Shown here: piece by piece, positions 47,816 through 59,820 of the stretch
Position numbering within the stretch: the first letter of the stretch is position 1
Layout of the letters: each line of letters opens with the position of its first letter
Assembly: GCA_030167865.1 (NCBI GenBank)
Contig: JALAGF010003705.1
Span: 1-64,000, forward strand
Source of the DNA: Craspedostauros australis
Taxonomy: Eukaryota
Direction: 5' to 3'
DNA: 64,000 bases
The notes under the pieces: model-generated
The model's database searches: none
What the model was told of the DNA's origin: nothing
The model's input: the letters and a program-made list of their open reading frames with translations, nothing else
Program-made: the position numbers and the translations under genes

Positions 47816-47887
47816 GGGGGCGTAGTTCAGTGGCAGAACGTCTGTTTCGCATACAGAAGGTCGCGGGTTCGATTCCCGTCGCCTCCA
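47816..47887 (+). tRNA. tRNA-Ala(CGC)
   Basis: Acceptor stem GGGGGCG/CGCCTCC with G3:U70 and discriminator A; anticodon arm TCTGT-TTCGCAT-ACAGA; T-loop GGTTCGATTCC; T-rich Pol III terminator downstream; no encoded CCA. Confidence 0.96.
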
Positions 47888-48074
47888 TTTCTTTTTGCTT
47901 CTCGTTGTGATGGCAATCACGAGTGATTGCTTCCACATGACTGAAACATCTTTTGGTCTCTTTGTTGCGCAAATCCAAACCCAAACACCGACACGCGAAC
48001 GCAATCACCAACCACCAGATCCATTCCACAATCTCACAAAACAACAGCCAGGCCACAAGGCAACGACAACCACG

Positions 48075-50093
48075 ATGACGGGAGAAGCACAAGCAACGGA
48101 CAGCTCCACCACCATCTCCCATGCCAATGGCGCAGGCACAAGAGGAAAGTGCACCTTCTGCCAACGTTACGGCAACGTGTTACGGTGCAGCCGTTGTCAC
48201 TCCACCTTCTATTGCTCGCAGAGTTGCCAGAAGAAGCACTGGAAACATGGCCACAAAAAGGCCTGCAAGGCCATTGCCGCCATGATCGAGCTGCACGGCA
48301 TGACGGCGGGGATATCCATGGAGGACGCTTCCGACAGTGCCACCAAGGCCACAGCCGCGCTGGACTACTGGAGAGAAACGAGCTCATCTCCGGAGGTCTT
48401 GACGGAAACTCGACCCGCGCCGAAAGTTGTGAGCAAACCGAACGAAGGCATTGCAGGCACACGACAAGACAAGTCAGAACTCGGCGACGAGAACGATCGA
48501 TCTTCCACCAACATTCAGACAGAAGGCGACGAGCCTTCGATCGAGAAAGACATCGGCTCCTGCGCAAGCACAAAGGACTCTCAGAATTACGTTGATGCCA
48601 ACGTGGATGGCTTCATGGTGGAGCACATGTCCAGGCTTTCGCGGTATCACATCACGTTCAAGTTGTCGAAAGAGATGCCGCATGGATCACACTTGCATTG
48701 CACCTTGCATCCTGATGTTACTTCATCAACCCTCATCGTGCATGTGGCCGATGAGCGATCCGAACCTCTGATCCGGATCAAGCTCCTTCGGCACATTCTG
48801 CCGGGCCCTCCATTCACAACCACCAACACCACAACCACCAACACCACAACCAACAATGTCACAGCCAGTCATGGCACAATATCTTGCGACGGCGACAGAA
48901 ACGACGTCTACCAAATCCATCTCAGCTACCGTTCACCGTACGAAGAAAACTGTGGCGAACTTTTCGATGACGCAACCACATATACGACCACTCCGACGAG
49001 CCGGCTCACGTCGTTGCATTGTGCCAACTGCAATCATCCCATCGTGCCCGCCAACAAGATCCAGCGCATACTGCCAATGCCGCAGGGGCATTGGGATGAA
49101 ATATCCGATTACTTGATTTGCTACGAAGGGCAACCGGCGACCGAATTCTCCAAAGCCTCCAACGAACCTCGCGAGGGGATGGTGTTGGAAGACGCGACAG
49201 TGTTCTGCGTTCATGCCAACGACGCCAAAGAAGCTGTTGAAGTCACATCCATGCCATTGTACGGCGAACCACCCACAACAACGGGCAATGGCAGCGTCAC
49301 TTCGCCCAACGCGAATGATGGACTGCAGCACGACCAATCGATCACTCTCCGTGGCGGCACACGGATATGGAAAGACGCAGTAGTCGCAAACGCCATGGCG
49401 GGCGCATTCACTGTCTCTTGCGGTGCATGCAATTTCAATCTCGGAACCACGATCTCCTCGTCTTCATCGTTTCGACTTTTCAAACACCACCTCGCGCCCA
49501 CCACGATCAGAATCACCAACTTTCTGTTGCATGAGGTGATCCGCTACGCCGAATCCAAGGCCATCTTCACATGGATGATCCAGCAGCACGATGACTTGCA
49601 GAACATCATGACCGCATTCACGTATCAAAAGCAATGTCTGCTGCTTCGACTGGTGCAGTGGGACTCGCAGATTGCGACCGCGAACAGCGACACCTTCGAA
49701 CGGCATGCCAAGTTGGTGTATGAAGAGAGCGTGGATCGCACGTCATTGGAGGGCGGAGGTGAAGGAGGACAATGGCTATGGGGCGGGGTCGATTTGTGTT
49801 GCCCACCACCGCAGGGGTTCATGGAAGATGCAAACGAAAACGAAAACGCAGGCGATGGCGATGACGACGACAACGACGACGACAACGACGACGACGACGA
49901 CAATGCTGTTCAGAGTCCGCAACCGTCGACGGTGCGGATCAGTCTTTCCAAGGAAGAATATGACGAAGTCAAACGAACGCTTGCTGAGGGCGGGCCATGT
50001 CTGCCCCAATCGGTAGTGGATGTGACATTGGCATTGAAGATGGGCAGGAGTCACGTGACGTCGGCCATGGGAATGGCGGTTCTCAAGGTTTAA
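48075..50093 (+). CDS. zf-MYND plus HECT_2 (UBE3D/Ipa1-like) protein
   Basis: MYND finger CTFC...CSRC...YCSQSCQKKHWKHGHKKAC; HECT_2-like CANC...ILPMPQGHWDEISDYLICY...CGAC...FRLFKH. Start ATG is inferred. Confidence 0.72.
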   Translation: MTGEAQATDSSTTISHANGAGTRGKCTFCQRYGNVLRCSRCHSTFYCSQSCQKKHWKHGHKKACKAIAAMIELHGMTAGISMEDASDSATKATAALDYWRETSSSPEVLTETRPAPKVVSKPNEGIAGTRQDKSELGDENDRSSTNIQTEGDEPSIEKDIGSCASTKDSQNYVDANVDGFMVEHMSRLSRYHITFKLSKEMPHGSHLHCTLHPDVTSSTLIVHVADERSEPLIRIKLLRHILPGPPFTTTNTTTTNTTTNNVTASHGTISCDGDRNDVYQIHLSYRSPYEENCGELFDDATTYTTTPTSRLTSLHCANCNHPIVPANKIQRILPMPQGHWDEISDYLICYEGQPATEFSKASNEPREGMVLEDATVFCVHANDAKEAVEVTSMPLYGEPPTTTGNGSVTSPNANDGLQHDQSITLRGGTRIWKDAVVANAMAGAFTVSCGACNFNLGTTISSSSSFRLFKHHLAPTTIRITNFLLHEVIRYAESKAIFTWMIQQHDDLQNIMTAFTYQKQCLLLRLVQWDSQIATANSDTFERHAKLVYEESVDRTSLEGGGEGGQWLWGGVDLCCPPPQGFMEDANENENAGDGDDDDNDDDNDDDDDNAVQSPQPSTVRISLSKEEYDEVKRTLAEGGPCLPQSVVDVTLALKMGRSHVTSAMGMAVLKV

Positions 50094-50339
50094 CGCAACT
50101 CTCTAACATCATCGTACTTAATTGCATGCGTGTGTTGCAATGACATTGAATGCAGAATGGCTCTTTGATGTGGGGGTGGCTGACCACACCATCCTTTCTG
50201 ACTGATTTCATCTTCAGCGTCATCACTCCGCGTTCACTCCATACTCCATGTGCCTCCATATGCACACATAGTAATGGAGTAGAGTAGGCTGCTTCTCTAT
50301 CATACCACACCACATCCACCATGCGAGTGTCACAGGGAC

Positions 50340-51048
50340 TTATTTCGACTGCTCCTTCTCACCACTGCCGACTTCTTCGAAGACCTCTTTTAGTTCACCA
50401 TTCTCATGCATCTGCGTAATGATATCACATCCACCGATGAATTCTCCATTGACATAGAGCTGTGGTATGGTGGGCCACTCGCTGTACTTCTTGACGCCTT
50501 CCCGAATCTGCGGATAGTCCAAGACATTGACGCTGCTGAAGTCGACGCCTTCCTTCTTGAGAATCTGAACGACGGTGGACGAGAAGCCGCACATTGGCAT
50601 GGATGGATTGCCCTTCATGTAAAGCATGACCGGGTTGCTCTTGACGTGGTCCTGTCGTATCGCGTTGTGTTATGTAGTGTCGGGTTGAGTCGGTTGGAAG
50701 GGTGAGAAAGAGAGGAAGAGTGAGGAAATGGAAATGAGCTGAATGGATGATCGGGTCCTCGTATGTCGGGGTGTCCATGAAGACCATCGACGTCGCCAAT
50801 GCCAAAGATTGATGGACGGATGCAGATCAAGCATAATGCAAGAATGTATAAGAGAAAGAACATCAACTCACATCGATCATCTTGATTGCCTGATCCTCAT
50901 CGGCCACAGGCTTGCGCTTTGGCGCGAAGTCATCGTGGGATCCGTCCGAAAAGAAGCGCACACCGAACTGCGTCGTGGCCACAGCGGAAGGAATGCTGCG
51001 GCCGGCTGCCAATCGGCGGGATGTCACGCGGGCTACACTGGAAAACAT
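50340..51048 (-). CDS. GLRX5: Mitochondrial monothiol glutaredoxin Grx5; exons 51048-50872 and 50651-50340
   Basis: LYMKG.P..PMCGFS, REGVKKYSEWPTIPQLY..GEFIGGCDI, and a mitochondrial presequence. Phase-0 intron 50871-50652 (GTGAGT...CAG). Confidence 0.95.
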
Positions 51049-51762
51049 CTTGGCTTCCTTCTCTGTGTTTTTATTGTCGTTGCTGTTGCTCTTGCACCTT
51101 TCGGTTGGATTTCACTTGGTTTGGCCTTGTTGCAATTCGGTTGTTTGGGATCTTCCGCTTGGCGTCTCAGTGAAGATCTCCTTGTTCGCTTGCGCTCCCT
51201 GCAGTGGTGGTTGTGCGTTCCCAACACCATCCACCATCCACCATCATCACGTTTCGTGAACATTCTTCAGCGACTTGTTTGTTGGTCTTGGTTTGGGCAT
51301 TTCGAGTCACGAAATACGACACATCATACTGAGTCACTGTTGACGTCAGCATTGTATCTCCCTTGACTTTCTGCACAGCAATCTGGGAGCTGCGGAAAAA
51401 TAAATTCAGCATTCGGCACACGTTTGGCCAAACGCTCCGAGAACTTGATGGACGAACCACCTCCATCGATGTCCGTGATGAACTAACCCCAAGAGAAGAG
51501 CCTGTGAGGCCACCCAGACAGCCAATCCACCCGACAAGCGACGGAGAGAGGAGCGCCGCTTCCCTTTTGTTCCCTGGCTGCGTCTCTTTTGGCGTTTCTC
51601 CATCTGCATGTCTCGCCCTTCGTTCATGGACGGAAAGCAGACACACGATTGAGATGGTCGACAGGTGCCAAGCCGGAAACGCACACCAGAAAGCCTCCGC
51701 TTCACTTATTTGCTGTCGATTTGGATTTGAGTGCCATTCATCCACAATACGTTGCGCCGGCC

Positions 51763-54567
51763 ATGAGCTTTGATTGGAATCTATCATCCGACGAAGACGA
51801 AGCAGGAGAGGATGGGTTTGCCGATTGGGCCAACGTGGATTTGAAAGAGTCCATAGGAGGATACGGCAGAACAGGACACAGCGATAGCGATGACAGCGAC
51901 GACGAGAGTGACGATGGAAACAAAAAACCGGCTGCCGTAGTCTTTGATTTCGGAGGCGCTGGCGCCAACGCCGACGGCAATAATGATGACGACGAGGACG
52001 GAATTGATTGGGAGGATGCAGAGGATGGAATGGGAGGTGACGGCGGCATGAATGATGGTGGTGGTGGCGTCAGCGCCAATGTGGCCAAACTTCCTTCCGA
52101 CAACGAAGCTGGACGCACTTCCGGCGGACCACCCATGATCTCGCTGAGACCAATCACAATCAACCTCAACAAGAGGCCACCTGATGACAAGGCAAATGCC
52201 AGGCCGAAGAAGCGGGTCAAGCGGTCTTACCGATTTGATCACCTGCCACAAAGCACGAAGCATGCCATCACCGCGCTGCAAAGATCCCACCTCCTGTGCC
52301 TCGCAGCAACAGCAACCAGCGTCTCCGAACGTTGTTCTTCTGACATGCTGCAGAGCGTGGCCTACAGCCTCATACCAGAACAATGGACCACGATCGCGAT
52401 GCCCACGAAGATGCAGCTTCTGGACTTCACCAAATGGTTCTGCGGGCTCGTGAACAACGCGCAAGCGCGTCGTCGGGATCACTGGATGAGGGCATCTCGA
52501 GCTGGCGTCGCCACAATGCGCAGAAGGCGACCAGCGGCAGGGGGAAAGACGAAGTCATCCAAGGCAGGGGGTGGCGAAAACGATGCTGATAACGACGATG
52601 AGCTGTCATCGTTGCTACCGCTATTCTCGTCATCCTTCTCATCATTCAACGCCATACCTTCTCGAACCGAAGACTACTGCCTCTTTCTGGCCTTGAGCTT
52701 GGACGATGATCCGGAGTTGGAGCAAATGCCAACGCCCAATCCACCGTGGGGAACTCACGACAAGCTCCAACTATACACCCTCATGGTCCGCGCATTGTGC
52801 TGGCGCGCACGATTCGTCATGTCTATCGATCCCATCAAGGGCGATTTGGACGTCAACCATCCCATGTTGGTCCAAGATCATCTGCAACACATCTTGTTTC
52901 ATTTTGGTGATCTGCAGAAACGGAACAACAAGGAGAAGAAGAAGAGGCCGACAAGGGATGATGGAACGGCGGCAGGGAAGCAAGCGCCAGGGCAATCAGA
53001 AGCGAAAAGGCAAGCTACTAACAACGACGACGACGGGAGCGGCAAGAAGCGAGCAACCACAGCACCAGCACTCGATGCATGGCAGGCAAAGTCTCAGAAC
53101 GACCACGCATTCAAGCCAACCATCGCATGGGTGGAAGTACTGTGCTCCAAAAGGCAAGCCCAAGGCAAAACCGCAAAATCAACAACATCACCCAACAAAA
53201 TGACATCGTCCGTGGAATGGGTGCACGTCGACCCTCATTGGAACCTGTTCAACCAACCCAGCAAGGTGGAGTACATCCTCTTCAATGCGGACCAGCAGAT
53301 GGAACTCCGCAACCAGGAAATGAACCCCGAATTATCATCCAAGCGTCGTCCAATCGCATATGCTCTGGCGGTAGAGCATGCGAAGAGGAACGGCGATGGC
53401 GATGCTGGTGCGTTCGAGTCATCCTCACCACTCGTGCGCAAGCTCACGGACGTGACCCCGCGCTACGCATCCAGCTACATCGAGTCCATGAAGGCGATCG
53501 GTGTTCTGCGCGGCAAGCAGACCAAAGTCAAAGAGCAGGAGGATGTGCACAAGTGGTGGAAGCAAACCCTCAAGTCCTTGAGCTCATCCCACCGCAGGCC
53601 AGCCAAAGACAAGGCCTCGTCGACGCTGCTGCTGCGGAAACAAGGCAAATCAGCTTCGGAGGCCATTGATCTTTCAGACGACCAGCCCAAACCAAAGGAA
53701 GACGACGGAAGCAACGGCGGCGCCCATGAACTTGAACACGAAGGTGACGAGGAAGAGGCGCAGCTGTCGGAGCATGCCAAGAAAGAACCGTTGCCGACAA
53801 GCAAGCAAGGATTCAAGGAACATCCGGTCTATGTCATTCCATCCTTGCTGGGCAACGCTGAAGTCCTCATGCCCGATGCCAAAAAACGGGTCTGCGGCGT
53901 CTTCAAAGGTGAGCTGGTCTACCGTCGGACGGATGTCACCACGTTGCACCCTGCCAACAAATGGCCCTACCGAGGCCGCAAGGTGCGGAAGGAGGAGATG
54001 TCCAAACCGACGAAGCGCATCAAGGCCCGCAAGAAGCCTGCCGTGAATGGGTTCAAGGCACTGCGATCCTACGGCGTCGGCCAGAACAACGACGGAACAC
54101 AGGAACAGCGGCTCAAGGAGATCGCAGCCGCCGAACAACCGTTGGCGGATGGTAAGGAGGACGTCTACGCCATCTGGCAGACCGATCCATGGTCCCCGCC
54201 CCCCATTGGTCCAGACGATCGGCTGCCCATCAACGAATTCCGAAACATCGAACTGGAACTGCTGAATCCAGGCCTCGTTCACGTCGACGAAAGCAACATC
54301 GCCAAAGTGGCGAAGCAATTGGGAATCCCGTACGCGCCGTGCTTGATGGGGTTTGAGGGATTTGGTGGCAACCGGGCACCGACCATCCGCGGCATCGTGG
54401 TGCACCAACACAATGAGATCTTGCTGCGGGAAGCCCACGCGGAGGTGGCGAGCCATTTGTTGCAGGAGAGTCACGATGAGCACCAACGACGTGTTTACGC
54501 ACGGTGGAAGCGCTTGCTGGTCGGGATGTTGACGAAGGAGCGGTTGGAACGGGAATACGGGGAGTGA
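51763..54567 (+). CDS. XPC: Nucleotide excision repair damage sensor XPC/Rad4
   Basis: HLLCL, AWVEV, WVHVDP, DVTPRYA, EPLPTS..GFKEHPVYV, LPINEFRNIEL, AKQLGIPYAPCLMGFE and RWKRLLVGM. Start ATG is inferred. Confidence 0.92.
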   Translation: MSFDWNLSSDEDEAGEDGFADWANVDLKESIGGYGRTGHSDSDDSDDESDDGNKKPAAVVFDFGGAGANADGNNDDDEDGIDWEDAEDGMGGDGGMNDGGGGVSANVAKLPSDNEAGRTSGGPPMISLRPITINLNKRPPDDKANARPKKRVKRSYRFDHLPQSTKHAITALQRSHLLCLAATATSVSERCSSDMLQSVAYSLIPEQWTTIAMPTKMQLLDFTKWFCGLVNNAQARRRDHWMRASRAGVATMRRRRPAAGGKTKSSKAGGGENDADNDDELSSLLPLFSSSFSSFNAIPSRTEDYCLFLALSLDDDPELEQMPTPNPPWGTHDKLQLYTLMVRALCWRARFVMSIDPIKGDLDVNHPMLVQDHLQHILFHFGDLQKRNNKEKKKRPTRDDGTAAGKQAPGQSEAKRQATNNDDDGSGKKRATTAPALDAWQAKSQNDHAFKPTIAWVEVLCSKRQAQGKTAKSTTSPNKMTSSVEWVHVDPHWNLFNQPSKVEYILFNADQQMELRNQEMNPELSSKRRPIAYALAVEHAKRNGDGDAGAFESSSPLVRKLTDVTPRYASSYIESMKAIGVLRGKQTKVKEQEDVHKWWKQTLKSLSSSHRRPAKDKASSTLLLRKQGKSASEAIDLSDDQPKPKEDDGSNGGAHELEHEGDEEEAQLSEHAKKEPLPTSKQGFKEHPVYVIPSLLGNAEVLMPDAKKRVCGVFKGELVYRRTDVTTLHPANKWPYRGRKVRKEEMSKPTKRIKARKKPAVNGFKALRSYGVGQNNDGTQEQRLKEIAAAEQPLADGKEDVYAIWQTDPWSPPPIGPDDRLPINEFRNIELELLNPGLVHVDESNIAKVAKQLGIPYAPCLMGFEGFGGNRAPTIRGIVVHQHNEILLREAHAEVASHLLQESHDEHQRRVYARWKRLLVGMLTKERLEREYGE

Positions 54568-55029
54568 TACAATCATGCACACGTACGCGCACGCACGCAC
54601 ACGATCTAAGTGAAATGAAAGTGCATTGAATTAGAGTCCTCACGTTGAATTAGCGGCAACTCCAATAATGGGACTGGTCTATCACTAACGCTACTCTGGA
54701 GAGCAACCACGCTCTGAGCTTGTTTGTTGCTTCATAATGTTGAGGAATACCCACGCATTGAGTACGAGTAGAATGACATGGAGTACTCCCTCGAGGACTC
54801 TCACGCGTTTGTTACAGGGTGCCGTTGTTGTCGAATGATGAAATGATTTGAACTCAGCTTTGCCATGCGGGCCACGATTTAGTCTCAGTATGACGTTTTG
54901 ATGAGCGATGCTGTTGCTTCCTTCTGAGTCACCCGCAAACGAATTGGAATGACGGGTGCACGACATTGCAGGACGTGCCAGCGAGGTATTGTACTGTAGA
55001 ATCGACAAGCAGTTGATTCCATTTCGAAA

Positions 55030-56095
55030 TCACTGCGTCCCCAAACGTTGACCACCGGTGCCCCATTGATGCCTAGCCTGAGCTGCAGGAGGAGCGGCAG
55101 CAACGCGTCGACCACCACCAGCACCAGCAGCAGCGGGCGGAGCATCCACCTCAGGCGTGTACTCCCCAACTCCAAAGTAATCGAGCAGGAAATTGGGCGT
55201 CGTCAGGACCTGCTTGCCGTAGACCGCCGGCACGACGTCGACCAAGAAATAGTACAGGTGACCCACCGCGAGTCCGTGCAGCATGTCCATCCATGACGAT
55301 CCCATGAAGACGGTCAATGCGAGATACGCGAAGGGAAGGTAGTTAGCCGCCATGGGGATTCCCCATATGTTGGCCTGTGATGTTGGATGGCGCTTGCTCC
55401 ACACGTAGAGGACGTAGTAGATGAGGTTTCGAGAAAAGACGGGAGGCAAATCCAGCGGGAATATGGCGAAGGTGAGCAGGATGGCGACGGCGCCGAAGAT
55501 GAGGCAGAATGCGTAGTCGGCGGTGCCGCCACCCGCACCCGTGTTGAAGGGACCGCCAGCCTCGTACTGCTTGCTGAACTGCACGAGCATGTAGGCGCTG
55601 ATTAACGTGTTGAATTGGAACGGCCCGACGAAGCAGAAGCTGGTGAGGAACCTCCAAATCTCAAAGTTGTTCTTGATGAGGGACCAATCGTACATGACCT
55701 GCGGGATGCTGACTATGCCAAAGTTGGCGCTGAGGGTCACGATCATGGTGGCACCGAACCAATATCTGGTGACGAACGGCAGCGAGTTGAACCATTGCTG
55801 CGGGAGGATAGTGGAGTGCAGGAGTGCAATAATGAAGACAGGCAGAGAGAGAGAGAGAGAGGGCATAGGGGTAGAGGGGGAGAAGCAGAGAGAGAGAGTT
55901 GATCAGAATGGAGAGATGGAAACAAGAGTAGCACACAGCCCAGTGCGAAATTGAATGGCCTCAACTACAATTGCCTGGTCTGTCTGATCATGCTCCATCT
56001 CCTTTCACCGCATTGACGACATGCACATCGAATGCACTCACGTCTGGCCCCGCTGGGTTGTTGACCTCCCCATTTCCAGGTTGAGCAAATGGCAT
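55030..56095 (-). CDS. DER1: Derlin (host-type ERAD Der1); exons 56095-56042 and 55797-55030
   Basis: WFNSLPFVTR, EIWRFLTSF, YVLYVWSK, YLPF, GLAVGHLYYFL, LTTP, and a C-terminal SHP box WGTGGQRLG. Exon 1 is MPFAQPGNGEVNNPAGPD with intron 56041-55798 (GTGAGT...CAG). There is no signal peptide, so it is not the symbiont SELMA derlin. Confidence 0.92.
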
Positions 56096-56710
56096 TTTGG
56101 AAGCGAGCGCGAGTCTCCGTGGAGTGTTGGGGTGTGTTTGCTGGCAGAGTTTGTGGGAACTGCCCTCTCTTGCGATGATTCGGTTGCACGATGTTGACGC
56201 AAATGCTTGTCAAATGCTGCACCTTGCTCGTTGTTCTACAATTCCAGAGTGCAAGATGAGACGAGAGATGTGGTGAGATGTGATGGTCGCAGACAGACAG
56301 TGGAAGGGAGGCTGATTGCGATGTTGTTGAGTTCCCGTTGTTGTTGGTGGTGGCATTTGGGTGATCGTATTCCGTGTTTTCCTCCACGATGACTGATCGA
56401 AACATGCATCATCTTTCCTCATCGTTTGTGTTCCGTTGAGCGAGGTGCGACTCACTCGAATACAATACATCGTGTTGTGCAAAAAACGGGTTGCACACTA
56501 CAGACACGTTGGTTGCGACATCTGGGATTGCGCGACGATGAACCATGATCGTGGTGGAGCGATGACCGTCTTTCGCTCACCGACATGGGAAGGCACAAAG
56601 AGAGAATCCCCAGACAAAGGCGAGCCTTTCGACAGGGATCTACGTGAGAGTAGTCGTAGCAATAGGTTGTCGCCCCACATGGACGAGCGTGGACAAGAGT
56701 ATTCACATCA

Positions 56711-59252
56711 ATGCACAAAATCGTGGAATTGATGCCACACGTACCAATATCGCAGCAAAACGAAGCAATCATGGAAGGCGGTGCTGCAAGCGACAAGCAA
56801 CCAGGCCAAGCTCCCGAGGAGAGGAACGATAGCCACGTCGACCATGGCGAAGCCAATGGCAAGAACGGAGGCGTGGTGGATGCTGGCAATGGCAACAGCA
56901 ATGGCAGAAGCAATGGCAGAAGCAATGACAGCAATGACACCAGCAACAGCACCAAAGATGCGCCGATGGCCGAAAGCGAACATCTGACGGAACCAGCCAC
57001 CAAGAAACAGCGCATGCACTCCGGTGATGCCAAAGCCACAGCCGATGCGGCGAGCGCTCCGCCAACGTCTGCTACCGTTCATCCTCCTGGGAAACGGAAG
57101 AGCAGCGGGAACGATGATGCCGATGGCATGGGCACGAAGCAAGCTGCGAATGGTGCTGCTGACGAGAGCAGTCGTGGAGGTGGCAGTGGCGAAGTCGATC
57201 AAGAAGCGAACACCGCATCGGAGAAGACCGATGGGATGAATGAGCCCACGGATCCCCATGATGGCAGCCATCGTGGCGACTATCAACCTAATGATTCCGC
57301 CCAAGACATGGCAGACCTTGGCAACACAGGCAACCATCCTTCGAGCATCAATATCAACAGCAACATCGACAACAAGACCAATGGCGATACTAACAAGGCC
57401 AAAGGAGATGCCAGTGCCAGCGCCTATGCTAACACCAACGATGACAACGAGCATGAGAATGAGAACAACAGCATCAATGGTCACGACCAAGGCACCCAGA
57501 ATGGAAACGACGATAGCCACTATCAGAACACGAGTACGAAGAACTCAAACAGCGACGACGGGATCAGTGCGATGAACACAGACAACGATGTCCACGACGG
57601 AGAGACCAAGAGCATCAGCGCTCGGAGCAGGGGCACCAACAGTCACCTGCAGAGCGATAGTGACGACAGCGATGACAGCAACAGAAACAGCGACAGCGAC
57701 GACAGCTCCGACAACAGCACAAGCCGAACGGGCGGCTCGGATGACCATCATGGCGACGACGACGACGATGAAGACAGTGACAACAAAGAAGCACAGGAGG
57801 ACATCATCCGTCGTGCCAACGCACCTGATGCAGAAGGTACGACAGAGCAGCGCGACATTCGCGTGGGGCACGAACATCAGGCCCAGGTGCCATCGTTCCA
57901 GCCGGATCAACGCATCACATCAAGGCAGCCAACTTTGGTCTGGAAGCGAGACAAGATCTCCACCCAAAAGCTCGACGGTTACTTTCGAAAGGTCGCCAAC
58001 GTCCTCACTCCTTACATCTACGAGAACGAATTGCACTCTCAGGAGCCATACACGCCGCTGCATTCGGAGAAGATCGACAAGCACGCACGGGCATACCCCA
58101 AAGGCGAATTGCCAACGCTCAGCACGATGTCTACATCGTCCTCTCTTTCCACCAAAATCAACTCGATGCTGCGCGAATGCGACACGGACGCGTTGCTCGC
58201 AAACCTCCACGACCACAACTACAACGTCGACGCAGCCGCCAAGGCCATCGCACGGGAACCGCGCAAGTTCGTCGCCTGCTGGACGGTCGAAGACAAGGAG
58301 CTCTTCAACTCTGGCTTCCGCCGTTACTCAGGATCCTTGCGCATGATCGCCAAGGGCATTGCGCCCACCAAGGACTTTCAGGACGTCATCGACTACCAAT
58401 ACCGTTTCAAGATACCCGATCAATTCCGTCGATTCCAAGAAAAGAAACGCGAGCAGGCGGTGCGAATGATGGAATGCATCGAAACGAGACGATACGCGTC
58501 CTCCACCTTTGTGACGACAGGCGACAAGTCCAATCCGAGTGACAAGGATGGTTCATCGAAACGAGCCAAGACTGGTGAATGGTACGTCCTGTTCTCTTCG
58601 TGCGTGATTGGTCGCATGTATGTATCAATGCATGCATGCGTGCGTGCGTGCGTGCCTCGTACTCTACCAACTGCAACTCCAACTGTGACTACCATACCTG
58701 TGATTGAAGCCTCTATCGCTCCCTCCATCGGCACTTGAACATCTTGGCAAGGCTTGCATACTCTCCTCGTATTCTACATGTTTCTGTGCACATTACGATC
58801 CAGCAGCATGTCGCAGTCACAGTTTCGCAGGGCTATGTATGCGCACACTTTCCGATCTGCAGAGTGAGATAAGAGGTTCGCTCGTGATTTCACGCTCTTT
58901 GCCAATCATATTTTGTACGTCACAGCTACCGCCGTTCTCTCACCCGAACCTGTCTCCGAAATCGAACCAACCCAATCAAACTCAACGACACACCACCAAC
59001 AGGGCGAAAACGAGCACAAGTGACGTCGTTGGCAAAGTCGAGGCCCGTAGAGCAGCAGCCAGGCAGTTCCTACTCGACGTGGAAGCAAAGCTCGGGAAGG
59101 AAAAGCTGGCTGACGTAGCCAACGCCATCAAGAACTTGCACGACAAGTCGGTATCAGAGTTGAGGTCGATCTTGCTCAGCGACATCCTGCAGGGCCATGC
59201 AGATCTGCAGCAACGCTGCTTGGGCTTCTTACCGAGACGCGTGCGATCATGA
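56711..59252 (+). CDS. ELM2-SANT chromatin corepressor-like protein with a C-terminal PAH-like domain; exons 56711-58581 and 59003-59252
   Basis: ELM2 (DIRVGHEHQAQVP...LVWK...LHDHNYNVDAA); SANT (WTVEDKELFNSGFRRY...IAK...KDFQDVIDYQY); PAH-like (ARQFLLDV...ILQGHADLQQRCLGFLP). Intron 58582-59002 (GTACGT...CAG) gives GEW-AKT. The start codon is uncertain. Confidence 0.8.
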
Positions 59253-59820
59253 AAATGGGACACTCCGCACGTTTTGCTCCAATGTACGACGTCAGCGCAC
59301 CACTCGTAGTTTGTACCGCAATAAGTCTACTCGTATCCTATGCTTCTTGTATCCTCGACCATGAGTATGGTACTCTTATCCTCTCGTCGCGTCGCGAGTA
59401 CTCTAGTGAGAGAGAGAGAGCAGAGTGTTTGTATCAGATTGTTTCTGTTGTTGTCTTTTTATATTTGTCTAGTTTGCTTTGCTTGCGTTTTAATAGCATG
59501 ATCCACAAGCAATGCCACCTGTATTGTCGAGTGCAACAATGGTTGCTGTTGTTTTCGGTCTTGCTGCAGTGCTGTATCCCCGCTCTCTCAATTCTCCCTT
59601 CTCGTACAAGTGCTGTTTGCGTTGCACAACCCCTCCAGAGTATTGAGAGTATGTGTATTGTATTGTGTGGTATGGTATCGTACTGTACGACCTATAGTAT
59701 CTTGTCGTTTGGTTGGAAAGTACTGGTACGAGTTTGTGTGTGCTCGTTGTGTGAGCTTGCATTCACGATGGCCTCGTTGAGAATTCGACACCAAGTCTCA
59801 TCTCTCTCGCCAATCGGAAG

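Noticed and set aside
54835-54927. C-box ATGATGA ... CTGA pair between XPC and Derlin
   Set aside because: There is no terminal stem and only about 7 nt of apparent 18S complementarity; it lies in convergent 3' UTRs.
55030-56095. Symbiont-specific SELMA derlin (sDer1)
   Set aside because: The reconstructed N-terminus lacks a bipartite targeting signal.
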